64,000 bases of DNA, taken from contig CAWGJO010000020.1 of the NCBI GenBank assembly GCA_963822945.1, positions 416,001 through 480,000 on the forward strand, in the 5' to 3' direction. Shown one piece after another: positions 9,987 through 21,170 of the stretch (within the stretch, counting starts at the first letter, position 1; each line of letters starts with the position of its first letter). This DNA is from an uncultured Gemmatimonadaceae bacterium (GTDB taxonomy: Bacteria; Gemmatimonadota; Gemmatimonadetes; Gemmatimonadales; Gemmatimonadaceae). The notes below the pieces were generated by a model. That model made no database searches. It was given only the letters and a program-made list of their open reading frames with translations, and was not told the DNA's origin. Position numbers and translations under genes: made by a program.

Positions 9987-12437
9987 CTATCCCCCGCCGA
10001 ACGGATCTCCCGGCGGGGCCTCCAGCGCTTTCGTCGGCGCCGGCAGTTCGCGGCGATCGATCCACCGCTGGAAGTCGCCTGCGATGGCGTACCAATGCGC
10101 CCGCGCCGCCACGCTGCCCGTGAGAGCGCGCCGCGCCGCCTGCGGCTGCAGATCCCGGATCTCCAGTTCCATGATCGCCCGCACCTCGGGCGCCGCCGTC
10201 GTGTCGGCCGCCAGCAGCAGCAACCGGTCGGCCACGGCCCGCTGCGTCACCCGCTGCAGCGCCGCCAGCTTGCCGCTCGCGGGCACCGGCGCGTTCCAGG
10301 TATCGGCGATCAACGAGTCCACGGTCTCGCCGAGCGTCAGCATGTTCGGACGCCGTGTGGCGAATGCCACCAACCGCGCCGCCCGCTCGGGTTGCAGGAT
10401 CATGTCCACCACCATCTGCGACAGCGTCCGCGCCGCCGAGAGTTCGTCGAACGCCGGCTGCGTCTCGGTGCCGAACAGCTCCACGCGCGGCGAGACCTGG
10501 TCGGCGTTGGGTGCCAGCAGGGTGAGCACGGTGTCCGGAATGGCCAACTCGGCAGGGGTGATGGCGCCGAGCAACTGATGAAGCGCCGCCCGCTGCTGCG
10601 GGCCGGCAATCGGCCGGGTGGCCTGCTGCCCGTCGCCCACCACCACTTCGGCGTACTCCATGCCGCCGATGGTCTTGGACAGCGAGTTGAGCGCGTAGCG
10701 GTGGAAGAAGTACAGGGGCGCCAGCCGCTCCTGCAGCATGCCCAGCGGCTCGCCGGGACGCAGATTGCGGAGGCCGAAGTGCGCGAGCGCCACGCGCCGC
10801 ACGTCCATCTGGTTCTTGAGGAACTGCGCGGCCGTCGCCTGGTCGTCCCACAGATTGGTCCGCGGGTCGGAGGCGAAGTCTGGCCGGGCGTCGGCGTCCG
10901 ACAGGAACAGGTAGCCCTTCTTCAGGCCGTCGGCCACGATCGCCTTCAGCGAATCCTGTTCGGTGCCCGGCGGGAAGATGCCGTACCCCCAGTGGATGGC
11001 CCACACGTCATACGCGCCGGGTCCCACGGCATAGGCCTGTGACAGGTCGATGCGGCCGTTGGGATCGAGGAAGGCGCGCGGCGGAGGATAGTCCATCACC
11101 GACGCCCGGCCGTACGTGGAGGCGATGTAGTTGTGCGACAGCCCCAGGCTGTGCCCGATCTCGTGCGCGCTCACCTGCCGCACGCGCGCCAGCACGAACG
11201 CCGTGTCGGCCGGCGTCTTGGCGGCGCCCATGAGTGCCGCGAAGATGTTGTAGTCGGTGCGCGCCCGGTGCGAGTCGAGGCGCGAGACCCCCTTGATGAT
11301 CTCGCCGGTGCGCGGGTCGGTGATGGCCGCGCTCACCGACCACCCGCGCTCGTTGCGGTTCTCCCACACGAGCACGTTGTAGCGGGAATCCATCGGATCC
11401 ACGCTGTCCGGGCAGAAGTCCACCTTGAACCCGCCCTTCAGTCCGGCGTCGTCGAAGGCCTGCTCCCACCACTTCACTCCCTGCAGCGTGGCCGTCTTGA
11501 TCGGTTCCGGGATGCCGGGGTCCACGCAGTACACGATGGGGTTCTTGATCGGTGAGTTGGGGTCGTTCGGATTGACCCGCTCCAAGCGGTGCCGGGCGAT
11601 CCAGCGCTGCTGCAGCGGCTGGTCGATGGGCTGGGCATAGTCGTTGAAGGTGACGCCGAAGTAGCCGATGCGCGGATCCCAGGCGCGCGGCTTGTAGCCG
11701 TCGTCGGGCAACTGGAGCAGCGAGACGTGTTCGTGCAGCGTGAACGCCGACCCGTCGGGCGCCATGCGGCTCACGATGCCGCCCGGCCGGCCGTTGGTCG
11801 CGAAGGTGAGCGCCACGTCCACTTCCGTGTTCTTCGGGAAGGCCTTCGTCAGCGGGGCATAGACCACCGAGCGGTCCTTGGCCAGTGTGTAGTTGCCCTG
11901 CCGCGTGCGCTGCAGCGTCTCCGTCACGTTGGTCCAGTCGCGGATGAAGAACTCGGTCGCGTCAACCAGCAGATGGCCGTCCTCCACTGCCAGCAGCGGC
12001 AACGCCGCCACGGTGCTCACCGGAAACGCCTCGGTCACGGTGCGCTCGTGTTCCGGATTACCGACGGCACCGCGGAAGCGCGTATTCTGGAAGACCACGA
12101 ACACGTGGTCGGCGTTGCGGTCGAAGTTCACGATCTGGGTACGCCCGCCCGCCCCGCGATCGATGCCGATGGGATTGGAGCCCAGCCCGGTGGATTGCAT
12201 GGTGAGCATGAGGGCCGGGAACGAATCCCGCGGGATCTCGAGCAGGATCTTGTCCGTCGTGTCACTGAGATAGATGGGAATGAAGCCGTCGTGCTTCACG
12301 TATCCCACCGTCTTGGCGGCGATGCTCGTGCCGACGGGAGCGGGCTTGGGCGGGGCGGTGGGGCGCTGGGCGCCGGCGGCAGGAGCCAGGGCCAGGGCGC
12401 CCAGGATGATCGTGGCGGCAAGGGATTTCGAACGCAT
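9987..12437 (-). CDS. Secreted metzincin zinc metalloprotease (DUF5117/DUF4953, EcxA-like)
   Basis: Signal peptide, DPRIGYF, DPRTGEI, HEIGHSLGLSHN, Met-turn SVMDY. Confidence 0.88.
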   Translation of the reverse strand: MRSKSLAATIILGALALAPAAGAQRPTAPPKPAPVGTSIAAKTVGYVKHDGFIPIYLSDTTDKILLEIPRDSFPALMLTMQSTGLGSNPIGIDRGAGGRTQIVNFDRNADHVFVVFQNTRFRGAVGNPEHERTVTEAFPVSTVAALPLLAVEDGHLLVDATEFFIRDWTNVTETLQRTRQGNYTLAKDRSVVYAPLTKAFPKNTEVDVALTFATNGRPGGIVSRMAPDGSAFTLHEHVSLLQLPDDGYKPRAWDPRIGYFGVTFNDYAQPIDQPLQQRWIARHRLERVNPNDPNSPIKNPIVYCVDPGIPEPIKTATLQGVKWWEQAFDDAGLKGGFKVDFCPDSVDPMDSRYNVLVWENRNERGWSVSAAITDPRTGEIIKGVSRLDSHRARTDYNIFAALMGAAKTPADTAFVLARVRQVSAHEIGHSLGLSHNYIASTYGRASVMDYPPPRAFLDPNGRIDLSQAYAVGPGAYDVWAIHWGYGIFPPGTEQDSLKAIVADGLKKGYLFLSDADARPDFASDPRTNLWDDQATAAQFLKNQMDVRRVALAHFGLRNLRPGEPLGMLQERLAPLYFFHRYALNSLSKTIGGMEYAEVVVGDGQQATRPIAGPQQRAALHQLLGAITPAELAIPDTVLTLLAPNADQVSPRVELFGTETQPAFDELSAARTLSQMVVDMILQPERAARLVAFATRRPNMLTLGETVDSLIADTWNAPVPASGKLAALQRVTQRAVADRLLLLAADTTAAPEVRAIMELEIRDLQPQAARRALTGSVAARAHWYAIAGDFQRWIDRRELPAPTKALEAPPGDPFGGG

Positions 12438-12724
12438 GGGACGTCGGGTAGGAGTGAACGTCGGCGCGCGGCGCGGGCCCGGCGGGGAGAACACGGCGCC
12501 CGCTGCGCGAGATGCCCCAAGCTACACCGCGTGCCCCCCGGTGCGCGACCGGCGGTCCGCGGAGGGGCGATGGGACTCCGGCGGGAACCCCGCCGGCCCG
12601 GGCGGGACTCATGACCGTGGCGGCGAGACCCGCGCCGGCATGCGAGGGCCGGCGACCTATATTGAGCAGTCGGTCCATCCGCGTCAGCCGTCGATCGCGG
12701 GTTCGCGCAACACGAGGAGCTTCG

Positions 12725-13204
12725 ATGGGTTCACCGGCATCCGGTTCACATACACAGCCGGACCACGAAACGCAGGAGCGCACGGCACCGGCCGGGGCCG
12801 GCGCCGCCGATTGGCTCACCGCCGAGCGGCTGGCGCAGGTGCGCGGCATTCTGCTGGCGCTCACGCTGTTCATCGCGCTCGCCGTCTGGGTGCTGTACAG
12901 CCTGGGCTTCGAGGCACGCGGGCTGCACCTGGCCGGCAAGCTGCAGGTCGTGGGCGTCATGACGTGGCTGTACGCGCTGGTCCAGATCATCGACCATCGC
13001 TTCTGGAACAGCCGGTTCGCGCAGCGGCGGCGCGCCACGCTCGGGATCCCGGAGAGTCTCTTCGGTTGGCTGCTCGGCCAGATGCTCGCCTGGTTCGGCA
13101 TCGTCTACTACGCCCTCACCGACGACGCGCACTGGTACGCGGCCGGCCTGGCCATTCTGCTGCTCGCCTTCGTCGCCTTTCCCATCCGGCGCGATTCGCG
13201 CTGA
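12725..13204 (+). CDS. Hypothetical membrane protein (~4 TM)
   Basis: GAGGAG RBS; four hydrophobic segments. Confidence 0.7.
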   Translation: MGSPASGSHTQPDHETQERTAPAGAGAADWLTAERLAQVRGILLALTLFIALAVWVLYSLGFEARGLHLAGKLQVVGVMTWLYALVQIIDHRFWNSRFAQRRRATLGIPESLFGWLLGQMLAWFGIVYYALTDDAHWYAAGLAILLLAFVAFPIRRDSR

Positions 13205-13309
13205 TTGGGTTCGTCCGGCGGCCGGAAGGTTCTTCCGTCCGGCTGCCGATGGCGCTACCATAGTGACGAGACTTCGGATTATATCAGTTTCCTCCAGTCC
13301 TGCGCCCCC

Positions 13310-14380
13310 ATGCTGAGTCCGTCCTCCCTCGCCTTCCTCAAGCGACTGCTCGATTCGCCCGGCCCCTCGGGGTACGAGACGGCGGCGGCGCGCGCCTGGC
13401 GCGCCGAAGCCCAGACCTTCGCCGACATCGTGCGGAGCGACGTGGCCGGCAACAGCTTCGCCGAGGTCAATCCCGGCGGTTCGCCGACCATCATGCTCGA
13501 CGGCCACATCGACGAGATCGGCCTTATCGTGCAGTACATCGACGACGACGGGTACGTGTACATCGCGCCCATCGGCGGGTGGGATCCCGAGGTTCTCGTC
13601 GGCCAGCGCATTCGATTCCTGTCGGGCGACGGCAGCGTGGTGGGAGTGGTGGGCAAGAAGCCCATCCATCTCATGAAGACGGCCGACCGCGAGAAGGCGT
13701 CCAAGATCACCGACTTCTGGGTGGACATCGGCGCCGGCGACCGGGCCGAGGCCGAGCGCACCGTCGCCGTCGGCGACGCGGCCGTGATCGACTCGCACGC
13801 GGTGGAGCTTCCCAACGATCGCATCGTCTCGCGATCCATCGACGACCGCATCGGCGCGTTCACCGTGCTCGAGGCGTTGCGTCGATACAAGGAACGGCCG
13901 GGCAAGGCGCGCGTGGTCGCCGCGGCGACGACGCAGGAGGAAATCGCCTGGCACGGCGGGGGAGCCCTGATCGCCGCCAATTCGCTGAAGCCCCAGATGG
14001 CGATCGCGGTCGACGTCACCTTCGCCACCGACCATCCGGGCCTAGAGAAGAAGGAGATCGGCGATCACAAGCTGGGCAGCGGGCCGGTACTGGTGCGCGG
14101 CGCTCTCATCTCGCCGGTCGTGTTCGACCTGCTGCGCGATACCGCGAGCGCCGGCAGCATTCCGTATACGGTGCACGCCGAGGGACGGGCCACGTCGACG
14201 AATGCCGACGCGATTCACCTCGCCCGCGAAGGCGTGGCCACGGCGCTCGTGTCGATCCCCAACCGGTACATGCACTCGCCCAACGAGATGGTCAGCCTGC
14301 TGGACGTCCACCACACGGCCGCGCTGATCGCCGAGGCTTGCCGCGGCGTGGACGACCGCACCGACTTCACGGCACGCTAG
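13310..14380 (+). CDS. M42 family aminopeptidase (TET-like)
   Basis: GPSGYE, DGHIDEIG, IDDRIG, TTQEE, RYMHSPNE. Confidence 0.92.
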   Translation: MLSPSSLAFLKRLLDSPGPSGYETAAARAWRAEAQTFADIVRSDVAGNSFAEVNPGGSPTIMLDGHIDEIGLIVQYIDDDGYVYIAPIGGWDPEVLVGQRIRFLSGDGSVVGVVGKKPIHLMKTADREKASKITDFWVDIGAGDRAEAERTVAVGDAAVIDSHAVELPNDRIVSRSIDDRIGAFTVLEALRRYKERPGKARVVAAATTQEEIAWHGGGALIAANSLKPQMAIAVDVTFATDHPGLEKKEIGDHKLGSGPVLVRGALISPVVFDLLRDTASAGSIPYTVHAEGRATSTNADAIHLAREGVATALVSIPNRYMHSPNEMVSLLDVHHTAALIAEACRGVDDRTDFTAR

Positions 14381-16159
14381 ACGACCGCCTGCCCTTCTTG
14401 GTCAGGCGGGCCACGGTATCGCGCACTTCCTTCACGCGATCCGAGGCCAGCGTCTTGAGCACGGCGTCGGCCAGCGGCGATTTCACCTCGGCCAGCGCCT
14501 GAACGGCCGCCACTCGGAACGCGGTGGACTTCTTCTTGAAGAAGCCGCGCTCCGGCTCGGCCGCCCGGATGAGCCGCTCCACCGCCGACGCCGTGCCGAC
14601 GCGCCCCAGCGCCAGCAGCATGGCCAGCTGCACGTCGGTGTCCTGCTCCGCATCGATGGCGGTGATCAGCGTCGTGGCCGTCTTGGGATCTCCACTGGCG
14701 GCGATCGCGAACGCCGCCTGCATCCGAACCTGCGGAGACCTGTCGAGCACGGCCTCCCGCACCGCCTGCCGCGCGCTCTCCGTGCCCAGCTGCATCAGCG
14801 CGTTCGTCGCGGCGCGGCGCACCCGTTCGTCCCCATGGTGCAGCAGTTCCAACAGCGCGGGCTCGGCGTCGGTGGCTCTCAACTCGCCCAACAGGTCCGC
14901 CGCGTTGCGCGCCACGAACCAGCGCGCATCGCCGAGCATGGTCACCAGAGCGGCCACGCTGCTCTCGAGCTTGGTGAGGGCGTCGAACAGCACCGCCCGG
15001 TCGTCGTTCGTCTGCGCCTGCGTTACCTGTTCGATGGCCGCGTCGGCGCCGTCCTGACCCATGCGCACCAGCACCGCCAGCACGTCGTCGTGTCGCTCGG
15101 GCGCCTGCGTCAGCAGACCGGCCACCGCGCGCAGGAAGAGCGGCTTCGACAGTCGCCGCAGCGCCATGACGTAGGCCTTCCGCACGTCGGGATCCGTCAC
15201 CGAGTCTTCCTGCCCGATCACACCGTGCATCAGCTCGAGCACGGTGAGCGGCTTGCCCTGGCGCGCCGCCTCGTCGGCCAGCGAGACCACGTCATCCAAC
15301 AACCGGATGGTCTCGATCGCGTTCCCGCTGCCCGCCAGGCGCGCCAGCAGCGCCGCGGGCGATTCCTTCACGTTGCCGATGGACGAGAACTGATAGAACA
15401 TGCCTTCCGTGTCCCGCGACACGAGTCCCGCGACCGGCGGAGGCCCGGACTCGTCGGCCGCCGGCGCGGGAACCGGGCTTTCCGCCGCCACCGGAGCCAC
15501 GGGCTCGGCCGGCGGCTCCGGTTCCGGCTCGGCTTTCGGCTCCGGTTCTGATGCTGGTTCCGGTTCCGGTTCCGGTTCCGGTTCCGCCTCCGCGTCCGAC
15601 TCCGACTCGGCCTCGGGTTCGGGTTCGGCCTCCGGCTCTCCGGTTCTGCCTCCGGCTCGGGCTCCGGTTCGGGCTCCGGCTCGGGCTCCGGTTCTGGCTC
15701 TGCCTCCGGCTCGGGCTCCGGTTCGGGCTCCGCCGGTGGTTGCTCGAAGTCACCGGCACCCACGAAGCGGAGTGTCACGGCATCGAGGTCCGCCAGTCGC
15801 TGGTGCAAGGCACCGGGATCCGGCTGGTCGGGATCCACGAGCGCCAGCGCTCGGGCAAGGTCCAGTAACTCTCCCGCCAACGGCTGTTTCGCGAAATCGA
15901 TTTCGGCAAGCCGCCCGGCCTGCATGCGCGCGGTCAACTCCGGCACGCCGGACAGCACCGGAAGCACCAATTCCCCGCCGGCAAAGAGCGCGTCCTCGGC
16001 GACGCGGAACCGAACGGCCCCCTGCTTGCCGATCGCGACCACGCCGCGCAGCGACACCTTCTGCTCATCCACGTTCTCGCTGTCGTGAATCAGCAGCCAG
16101 ACGAGCCGCGCGAAGAGCCGTGCGAATGTGGTCGAGAGTTCCATAGGCGGGACAGACAT
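14367..16159 (-). CDS. HEAT-repeat protein with N-terminal domain and long Pro/Glu linker; 2-nt frameshift near 15639
   Basis: N-terminal ORF joins the HEAT ORF (WFVARNAADLLG, ERVRRAATNAL) if 2 nt are removed in the (EP)n tract. Confidence 0.75.
15505..15735 (-). repeat. Coding hexamer repeat (GAGCCG/GAACCG)n encoding an (EP)n linker
   Basis: Tandem ggttcc/ggctcc/ggctcg units on plus strand. Confidence 0.85.
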
Positions 16160-16315
16160 GCCCCTCAGCGTGCGGGGGAGGGAGAGCGTGGAAGTTAGGC
16201 TGTTCCCGCCGCGCGACGCCACCCGACAGGACGTACGGGGGGACGATCCGCCCCATCGGTTGGCCCGCGACTGGACCCGCGACTAGACTTCCAGCCACCC
16301 CAAACGAGCACACTC

Positions 16316-17593
16316 ATGAACGCCTTCACTCGCTTCTCGCTTCTGGTCGCCGGCGTCGCGGCCACCGCCTGCGGCCCCGCGCGCACGGCACCCACGCCGG
16401 TGCCCACCCCCGACTCCCTGCGCATCCGCGAGGACATCGCCTATCTGGCCAGCGATCGTCTGGAAGGACGCCGCGCGGGGACGCCGGGCAACGACAGCGC
16501 CGCCGCGTACATCGCGCGGCGCTATCGGGCCCTCGGCCTCGACGGCATGACGCCGGTCTCGTATCTGCAGCCGTTCGTGGCCCGGCCGGCGGCCGGCCCC
16601 CACTCGGTGGCCGAGGTCCTGCCCACGCAGAACGTCGTGGCCATGCTGGCCGGCACCGACGCGGTGCTGCGCAACGAGTGGGTGGTGATCGGGGCGCACT
16701 TCGACCATCTCGGCCGCTCCTCGCAGGATGCCCTGGATCCCGAGGCCGGCAACGCCATCCGGAACGGCGCCGACGACAACGCGTCGGGTACGGCGGCGGT
16801 AATGGAACTGGCGCGCATCTTCAAGGCGGCGCCCACGCGCCGCTCGCTGCTGTTCGTGAACTTCAGTGCCGAGGAGGAAGGCTTGCTCGGCTCGGCGTAC
16901 TTCGTGGACCATGCGCCCGTCGCGCTCGACAGTATCGACGCGATGATCAACTTCGACATGGTCGGCCGCCTCCGGAACGACCGCCTCATCGTCTACGGCG
17001 TGGCCACGGCCCCCGAATTCCCGGGGATGCTCGACAGCGCCAACGCCGGCCGGGTGCGGATCTTCGGACAGGGCGACGGCTTCGGTCCCTCCGATCAATC
17101 GTCGTTCTACGCCAAGAACATTCCGGTCCTCCACTTTTTCACCGATCTCCACGAGGACTATCACCGCGCCACCGACGACGTGGACAAGATCAACGCAGCC
17201 GGCGAGGACACCGTGGTCGAGATCGCCGAACGCGTCATCCGCGACATCGCGAACCGGCCGTCCCGCGTCACCTTCGTGCGCGTCCCCACCAAGCCCACCG
17301 TCGCCGCGTCGGGCTCCGGGACCGACGTCTACTTCGGGTCGATTCCCGATATGGCGGCCGGCGAGATCGAGGGGGAGCGGCTCACGGGCATCACGCCCGG
17401 CAGCCCGGCCGACAAGGGCGGGCTCAAGGCCGGTGACGTGGTGGTCGAGTTCGGCGGGGTTCGGGTCACCGACCTCACCAGCTACTCGCAAGCCCTGTAT
17501 GCACACAAGCCGGGCGACGTGGTGCCCGTCGTTGTGCTCCGCGACGGCCAGCGGCTCACGCTCAGCGTGACGCTCGGCAAGCGCGGCGGCTAG
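16316..17593 (+). CDS. M28 family peptidase lipoprotein with C-terminal PDZ domain
   Basis: ATAC lipobox-like, GAHFDH, GADDNASG, FSAEE, DYH; PDZ motif GSPADKGGLKAGD. Confidence 0.9.
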   Translation: MNAFTRFSLLVAGVAATACGPARTAPTPVPTPDSLRIREDIAYLASDRLEGRRAGTPGNDSAAAYIARRYRALGLDGMTPVSYLQPFVARPAAGPHSVAEVLPTQNVVAMLAGTDAVLRNEWVVIGAHFDHLGRSSQDALDPEAGNAIRNGADDNASGTAAVMELARIFKAAPTRRSLLFVNFSAEEEGLLGSAYFVDHAPVALDSIDAMINFDMVGRLRNDRLIVYGVATAPEFPGMLDSANAGRVRIFGQGDGFGPSDQSSFYAKNIPVLHFFTDLHEDYHRATDDVDKINAAGEDTVVEIAERVIRDIANRPSRVTFVRVPTKPTVAASGSGTDVYFGSIPDMAAGEIEGERLTGITPGSPADKGGLKAGDVVVEFGGVRVTDLTSYSQALYAHKPGDVVPVVVLRDGQRLTLSVTLGKRGG

Positions 17594-17618
17594 CGGACCG
17601 GGCGCCGGCCGGCACGTC

Positions 17619-18539
17619 ATGCTTCACGCCTGGTCGAGCGCCCGCTATACCTTTCCGCTCCCCGACGGGCACCGCTTTCCGATCGAGAAGTACGAGCGCG
17701 TCCGACGCCGCGTGCTGGACGAGGGCATCGTGGACGCCGCGTGCCTGCACGATCCCGACCGCGTGGCGGACGCCGACCTGTTGCGCGTCCATACGGCGCC
17801 CTACGTGGAGGCCTTCACCGCCGGCACGCTCGACGCCGCGGCCGTCCGGCGCATCGGCTTTCCCTGGTCGCCGGCGCTGGTCGAACGATCGCTGCGCGCC
17901 ACGGGGGGCACCGCCGAGGCTGCGGCGTTCGCCCTCGAGCACGGGATCGCGATGAACCTGGCCGGCGGCACCCACCACGCCTTTCCGGACCACGGCGAGG
18001 GGTTCTGCGTGTTCAACGATGTCGCGGTGGCGGTGCGCGCGCTGCAGCATCGCGGGCGCCTCGCCCGCGCCGCGATTCTGGACCTCGACGTGCATCAGGG
18101 CAACGGCACGCACGCGATCTTCGCCGGCGACGCCAGCGTGTTTACGTTCAGCATGCACGGCCGGCGCAATTATCCCTTTCGCAAGGTGGCGGGCGACCTG
18201 GACGTCGAACTCGACGATGGCGCCACCGACGACGACTACCTGGCCCGCCTCACCACCGAACTGCCCCGGGTGCTCGCGCGCGCCCGTCCGGAGCTCGTGG
18301 TCTACCTGGCGGGGGCCGACGTCCACGAACACGACCGGCTGGGGCGGCTGCGACTGACCGCGGCGGGGCTCGCCCGCCGGGACGTGCTGGTGCTGGAGCA
18401 CTGCCGGGACGTGGGACTGCCGGTGGTGATCACGATTGCCGGCGGCTACGGCCGGGACCTCGAGACTACGGTCGGGCTCCACGTCCAGACGGCGCGCATC
18501 GCGTCGCAGTTCGCGAGCGGGATCCCCGCCCTCCGATGA
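17619..18539 (+). CDS. Histone deacetylase family amidohydrolase
   Basis: HRFPIEKY, GGTHHA, GFCVFND, DLDVHQGNGT, AGAD, GGY. Confidence 0.93.
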   Translation: MLHAWSSARYTFPLPDGHRFPIEKYERVRRRVLDEGIVDAACLHDPDRVADADLLRVHTAPYVEAFTAGTLDAAAVRRIGFPWSPALVERSLRATGGTAEAAAFALEHGIAMNLAGGTHHAFPDHGEGFCVFNDVAVAVRALQHRGRLARAAILDLDVHQGNGTHAIFAGDASVFTFSMHGRRNYPFRKVAGDLDVELDDGATDDDYLARLTTELPRVLARARPELVVYLAGADVHEHDRLGRLRLTAAGLARRDVLVLEHCRDVGLPVVITIAGGYGRDLETTVGLHVQTARIASQFASGIPALR

Positions 18540-19417
18540 CCGGCGCACCGTCGATTCCGGAGCCGCGCGCCTCGGGCTTCACGACGAGCACCGAGGTGCC
18601 GCTGTACTGGGCCGCATACGGTCCCACCGGGGGCGCGCGGGCCATCGTGCTCCACGGCGGTCCCGGCGCCGACCACGCGTATCTGCTGCCGCAGATGCTC
18701 GAACTCGCGCGGGGGCGTGAACTGCTGTTCTACGATCAACGCGGTGGGGGCAGATCCCGCACCGACGCCCGCGATCCGATCACCTGGCAAACACACGTGG
18801 CGGATCTCGGCGCGGTCCTGCGCGAATTCGGCGACCGGTCGCCGACCATCGTGGGATACTCGTGGGGCGGGTTGTTGGCGCTCCTCTATGCCTCCCGCGC
18901 GGCGCACGAGTCGGCGCTTCCCCCGCCCTCCCGCCTCGCCCTCATTGACCCGGCCCCCGCGTCGCGGCAATTTCGGGAGGAGTTCGAGACGGAATTCGCC
19001 CGGCGCCAGACCGCCCCGGCAGTACAGGCGCTGCGCGACGAGCTGGCCGGATCGGGCCTCCGGGAGCGGGATCCGGAGCAGTACCGGCATCGCGCGTTCG
19101 AGTTGAGCGTGGCCGGTTACTTCGCCGATCCGCGCGCGGCGCGGAACCTCACGCCGTTCCGGGTGGTAGGGCGAGTGCAGCAAGCCGTGTGGGAGAGCCT
19201 TGGTGACTACGATCTGGTGCGCGACGGAACGCTGTCCGCCGTTCACTGCCCGAGCCTGATCGTGCATGGCCGCCAGGACCCCATCCCACTGGCGTCATCC
19301 GAGGCGTGTGCGCGCGCCATCGGGGCGAAGCTGGTAACGTTGGAGGCGTGCGGCCACGTGCCGTACGTTGAACAGCCTGCGGCTCTCTTTGCCGCACTCG
19401 AAGACTTTCTTGCGTGA
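18536..19417 (+). CDS. Alpha/beta hydrolase (proline iminopeptidase-like)
   Basis: HGGPG, YDQRGGG, GYSWGG, CGHVP; ATGA overlap with HDAC gene. Confidence 0.88.
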   Translation: MTGAPSIPEPRASGFTTSTEVPLYWAAYGPTGGARAIVLHGGPGADHAYLLPQMLELARGRELLFYDQRGGGRSRTDARDPITWQTHVADLGAVLREFGDRSPTIVGYSWGGLLALLYASRAAHESALPPPSRLALIDPAPASRQFREEFETEFARRQTAPAVQALRDELAGSGLRERDPEQYRHRAFELSVAGYFADPRAARNLTPFRVVGRVQQAVWESLGDYDLVRDGTLSAVHCPSLIVHGRQDPIPLASSEACARAIGAKLVTLEACGHVPYVEQPAALFAALEDFLA

Positions 19418-19455
19418 CCGCGGCCCCGCCGCCTCAACACTCCGGCATCCGGACC

Positions 19456-19911
19456 ATGTCGTCGAACGAAACCATCATCCAGCCGTACATCACCACCATC
19501 GAACCGGACGAACACAAGCTGCACGTGTCCTGTCGGATCGCGTTCGACGGGATCGAGTACGTCGGCCGGCTATGGTTCGCCGACGACGGGTGGGATGACT
19601 CGGGTATTCCCGACCGCGGCGCCCTGCCCGGCCGGTCGCACGACGAGGTGATCGCGCTCGCCAAACGGCTGAGCCCCACGGAACTCACCCTGCGCTACCG
19701 CCGCGCCCTTGCCGAGAAACGTCGATTCATGCAACTGCGCAAAGCCACCGAGGAGATCCTCTCGAAGATCCGCTACCTGAATCAGGTGGCGATCTCGATG
19801 CGGGCGGGCCTGCTGGACGAGGAGGGGGCCACCCAGGAGATCGACCTCACGGAGAAGCAGCTCCACGACTGCGTGGACCGGTTGAAGTCGCACGCCGGTG
19901 TCGAGTCCTAG
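19456..19911 (+). CDS. Hypothetical protein
   Basis: Coding-like ORF; beta-rich N-terminus, coiled-coil C-terminus; alternative GTG start at 19414. Confidence 0.75.
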   Translation: MSSNETIIQPYITTIEPDEHKLHVSCRIAFDGIEYVGRLWFADDGWDDSGIPDRGALPGRSHDEVIALAKRLSPTELTLRYRRALAEKRRFMQLRKATEEILSKIRYLNQVAISMRAGLLDEEGATQEIDLTEKQLHDCVDRLKSHAGVES

Positions 19912-20569
19912 ACGCCGCCGCGGCGCCCTGAAGGGCGCCGCGCTCGAGCGTCAGGCCCAGGAGGTGCTGCACCGGCTGCTCGCGGAGTATCCGGACGCCC
20001 ACTGCGCCCTCGATTTCAAGAACCCCTATCAGCTCCTGGTCGCCACCATTCTCAGCGCGCAGTGCACCGACAAGCGCGTGAACATGGTCACGCCGGCGCT
20101 GTTCAAGAAGTACCCCACGCCCCGGGCGCTCGCCAAGGCCCGCCAGGAAGACGTGGAGACGCTCATCAAGAGCACCGGGTTCTTCCGCAACAAGGCCAGG
20201 AACCTCATCGGGATGGCGGGCGCGGTGGTGGACGAGTACCGCGGAACGATCCCCGACACCATGGACGCACTCACGCACCTGCCGGGCGTGGGCCGGAAGA
20301 CGGCCAACGTGATCCTCGGCAACGCATTCGACAAGAACGAAGGCATCGTCGTCGATACGCACGTCACGCGTCTGGCCGAACGGCTCGGCCTCTCGCGGGC
20401 CAAGACGGCGGAGAAGATCGAGGAGGAACTGATGCCGCTCTTCCCACGTGCGCAGTGGGCGATGCTCTCCCACCTGCTGATCGAGCACGGCCGGCGCATC
20501 TGCGACGCGCGCAAACCGAAATGCGGCGAGTGCGTGCTCAGCGACATCTGCCCGAGTTCCACGGCCTGA
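19898..20569 (+). CDS. nth: Endonuclease III
   Basis: LSAQCTDKRVN, LPGVGRKTAN, VDTHV, C-x6-C-x2-C-x5-C 4Fe-4S motif. Confidence 0.96.
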   Translation: MSSPRRRRGALKGAALERQAQEVLHRLLAEYPDAHCALDFKNPYQLLVATILSAQCTDKRVNMVTPALFKKYPTPRALAKARQEDVETLIKSTGFFRNKARNLIGMAGAVVDEYRGTIPDTMDALTHLPGVGRKTANVILGNAFDKNEGIVVDTHVTRLAERLGLSRAKTAEKIEEELMPLFPRAQWAMLSHLLIEHGRRICDARKPKCGECVLSDICPSSTA

Positions 20570-20685
20570 TACCCGCCGGCCTCCGACATCGACGGGCGGC
20601 CGAATTCCGCACTGCCCCTCCCGACCGCGCCGGAAAGGCCTAGTTTATTTCCGACATCCAATCCATTCCTCTGGCCCGTATATCC

Positions 20686-21147
20686 GTGAGCAAAACCGCA
20701 ACGTTCGAAACCAATCGCGGCACCATCGTCGCCGAGCTGTACGACAAGGAAGCGCCCAATACGGTGGCGAACTTCGAGAAGCTGGCCAACTCGAAGTTCT
20801 ACGACGGCGTGAAGTTCCACCGCGTCATCCCCGACTTCGTCGTGCAGGGGGGCGACCCGCTGTCGCGCGACCTGCCCGCCGGCGATCCCCGCATCGGTAC
20901 CGGCGGACCCGGCTGGAAGATCAAGTGCGAGACCGCCGGCAATCCCCACAAGCACGTGGTCGGCGCGCTCTCCATGGCCCACGCCGGCAAGGACACCGGC
21001 GGCAGCCAGTTCTTCATGGTGCTCAGCGAGGGCAACACCCGGCACCTGAATGGAGTGCACACCGTGTTCGGCCGGATCACGCAGGGCCTCGACGTGATGC
21101 AGAGCATCCACCAGAACGATGTGATGAACACCGTGCGCGTCGCCTGA
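20686..21147 (+). CDS. Cyclophilin-type peptidyl-prolyl isomerase
   Basis: [35 protein letters not shown]. Confidence 0.93.
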   Translation: MSKTATFETNRGTIVAELYDKEAPNTVANFEKLANSKFYDGVKFHRVIPDFVVQGGDPLSRDLPAGDPRIGTGGPGWKIKCETAGNPHKHVVGALSMAHAGKDTGGSQFFMVLSEGNTRHLNGVHTVFGRITQGLDVMQSIHQNDVMNTVRVA

Positions 21148-21170
21148 CCGCACCGCCCACAGGAGCTTCC

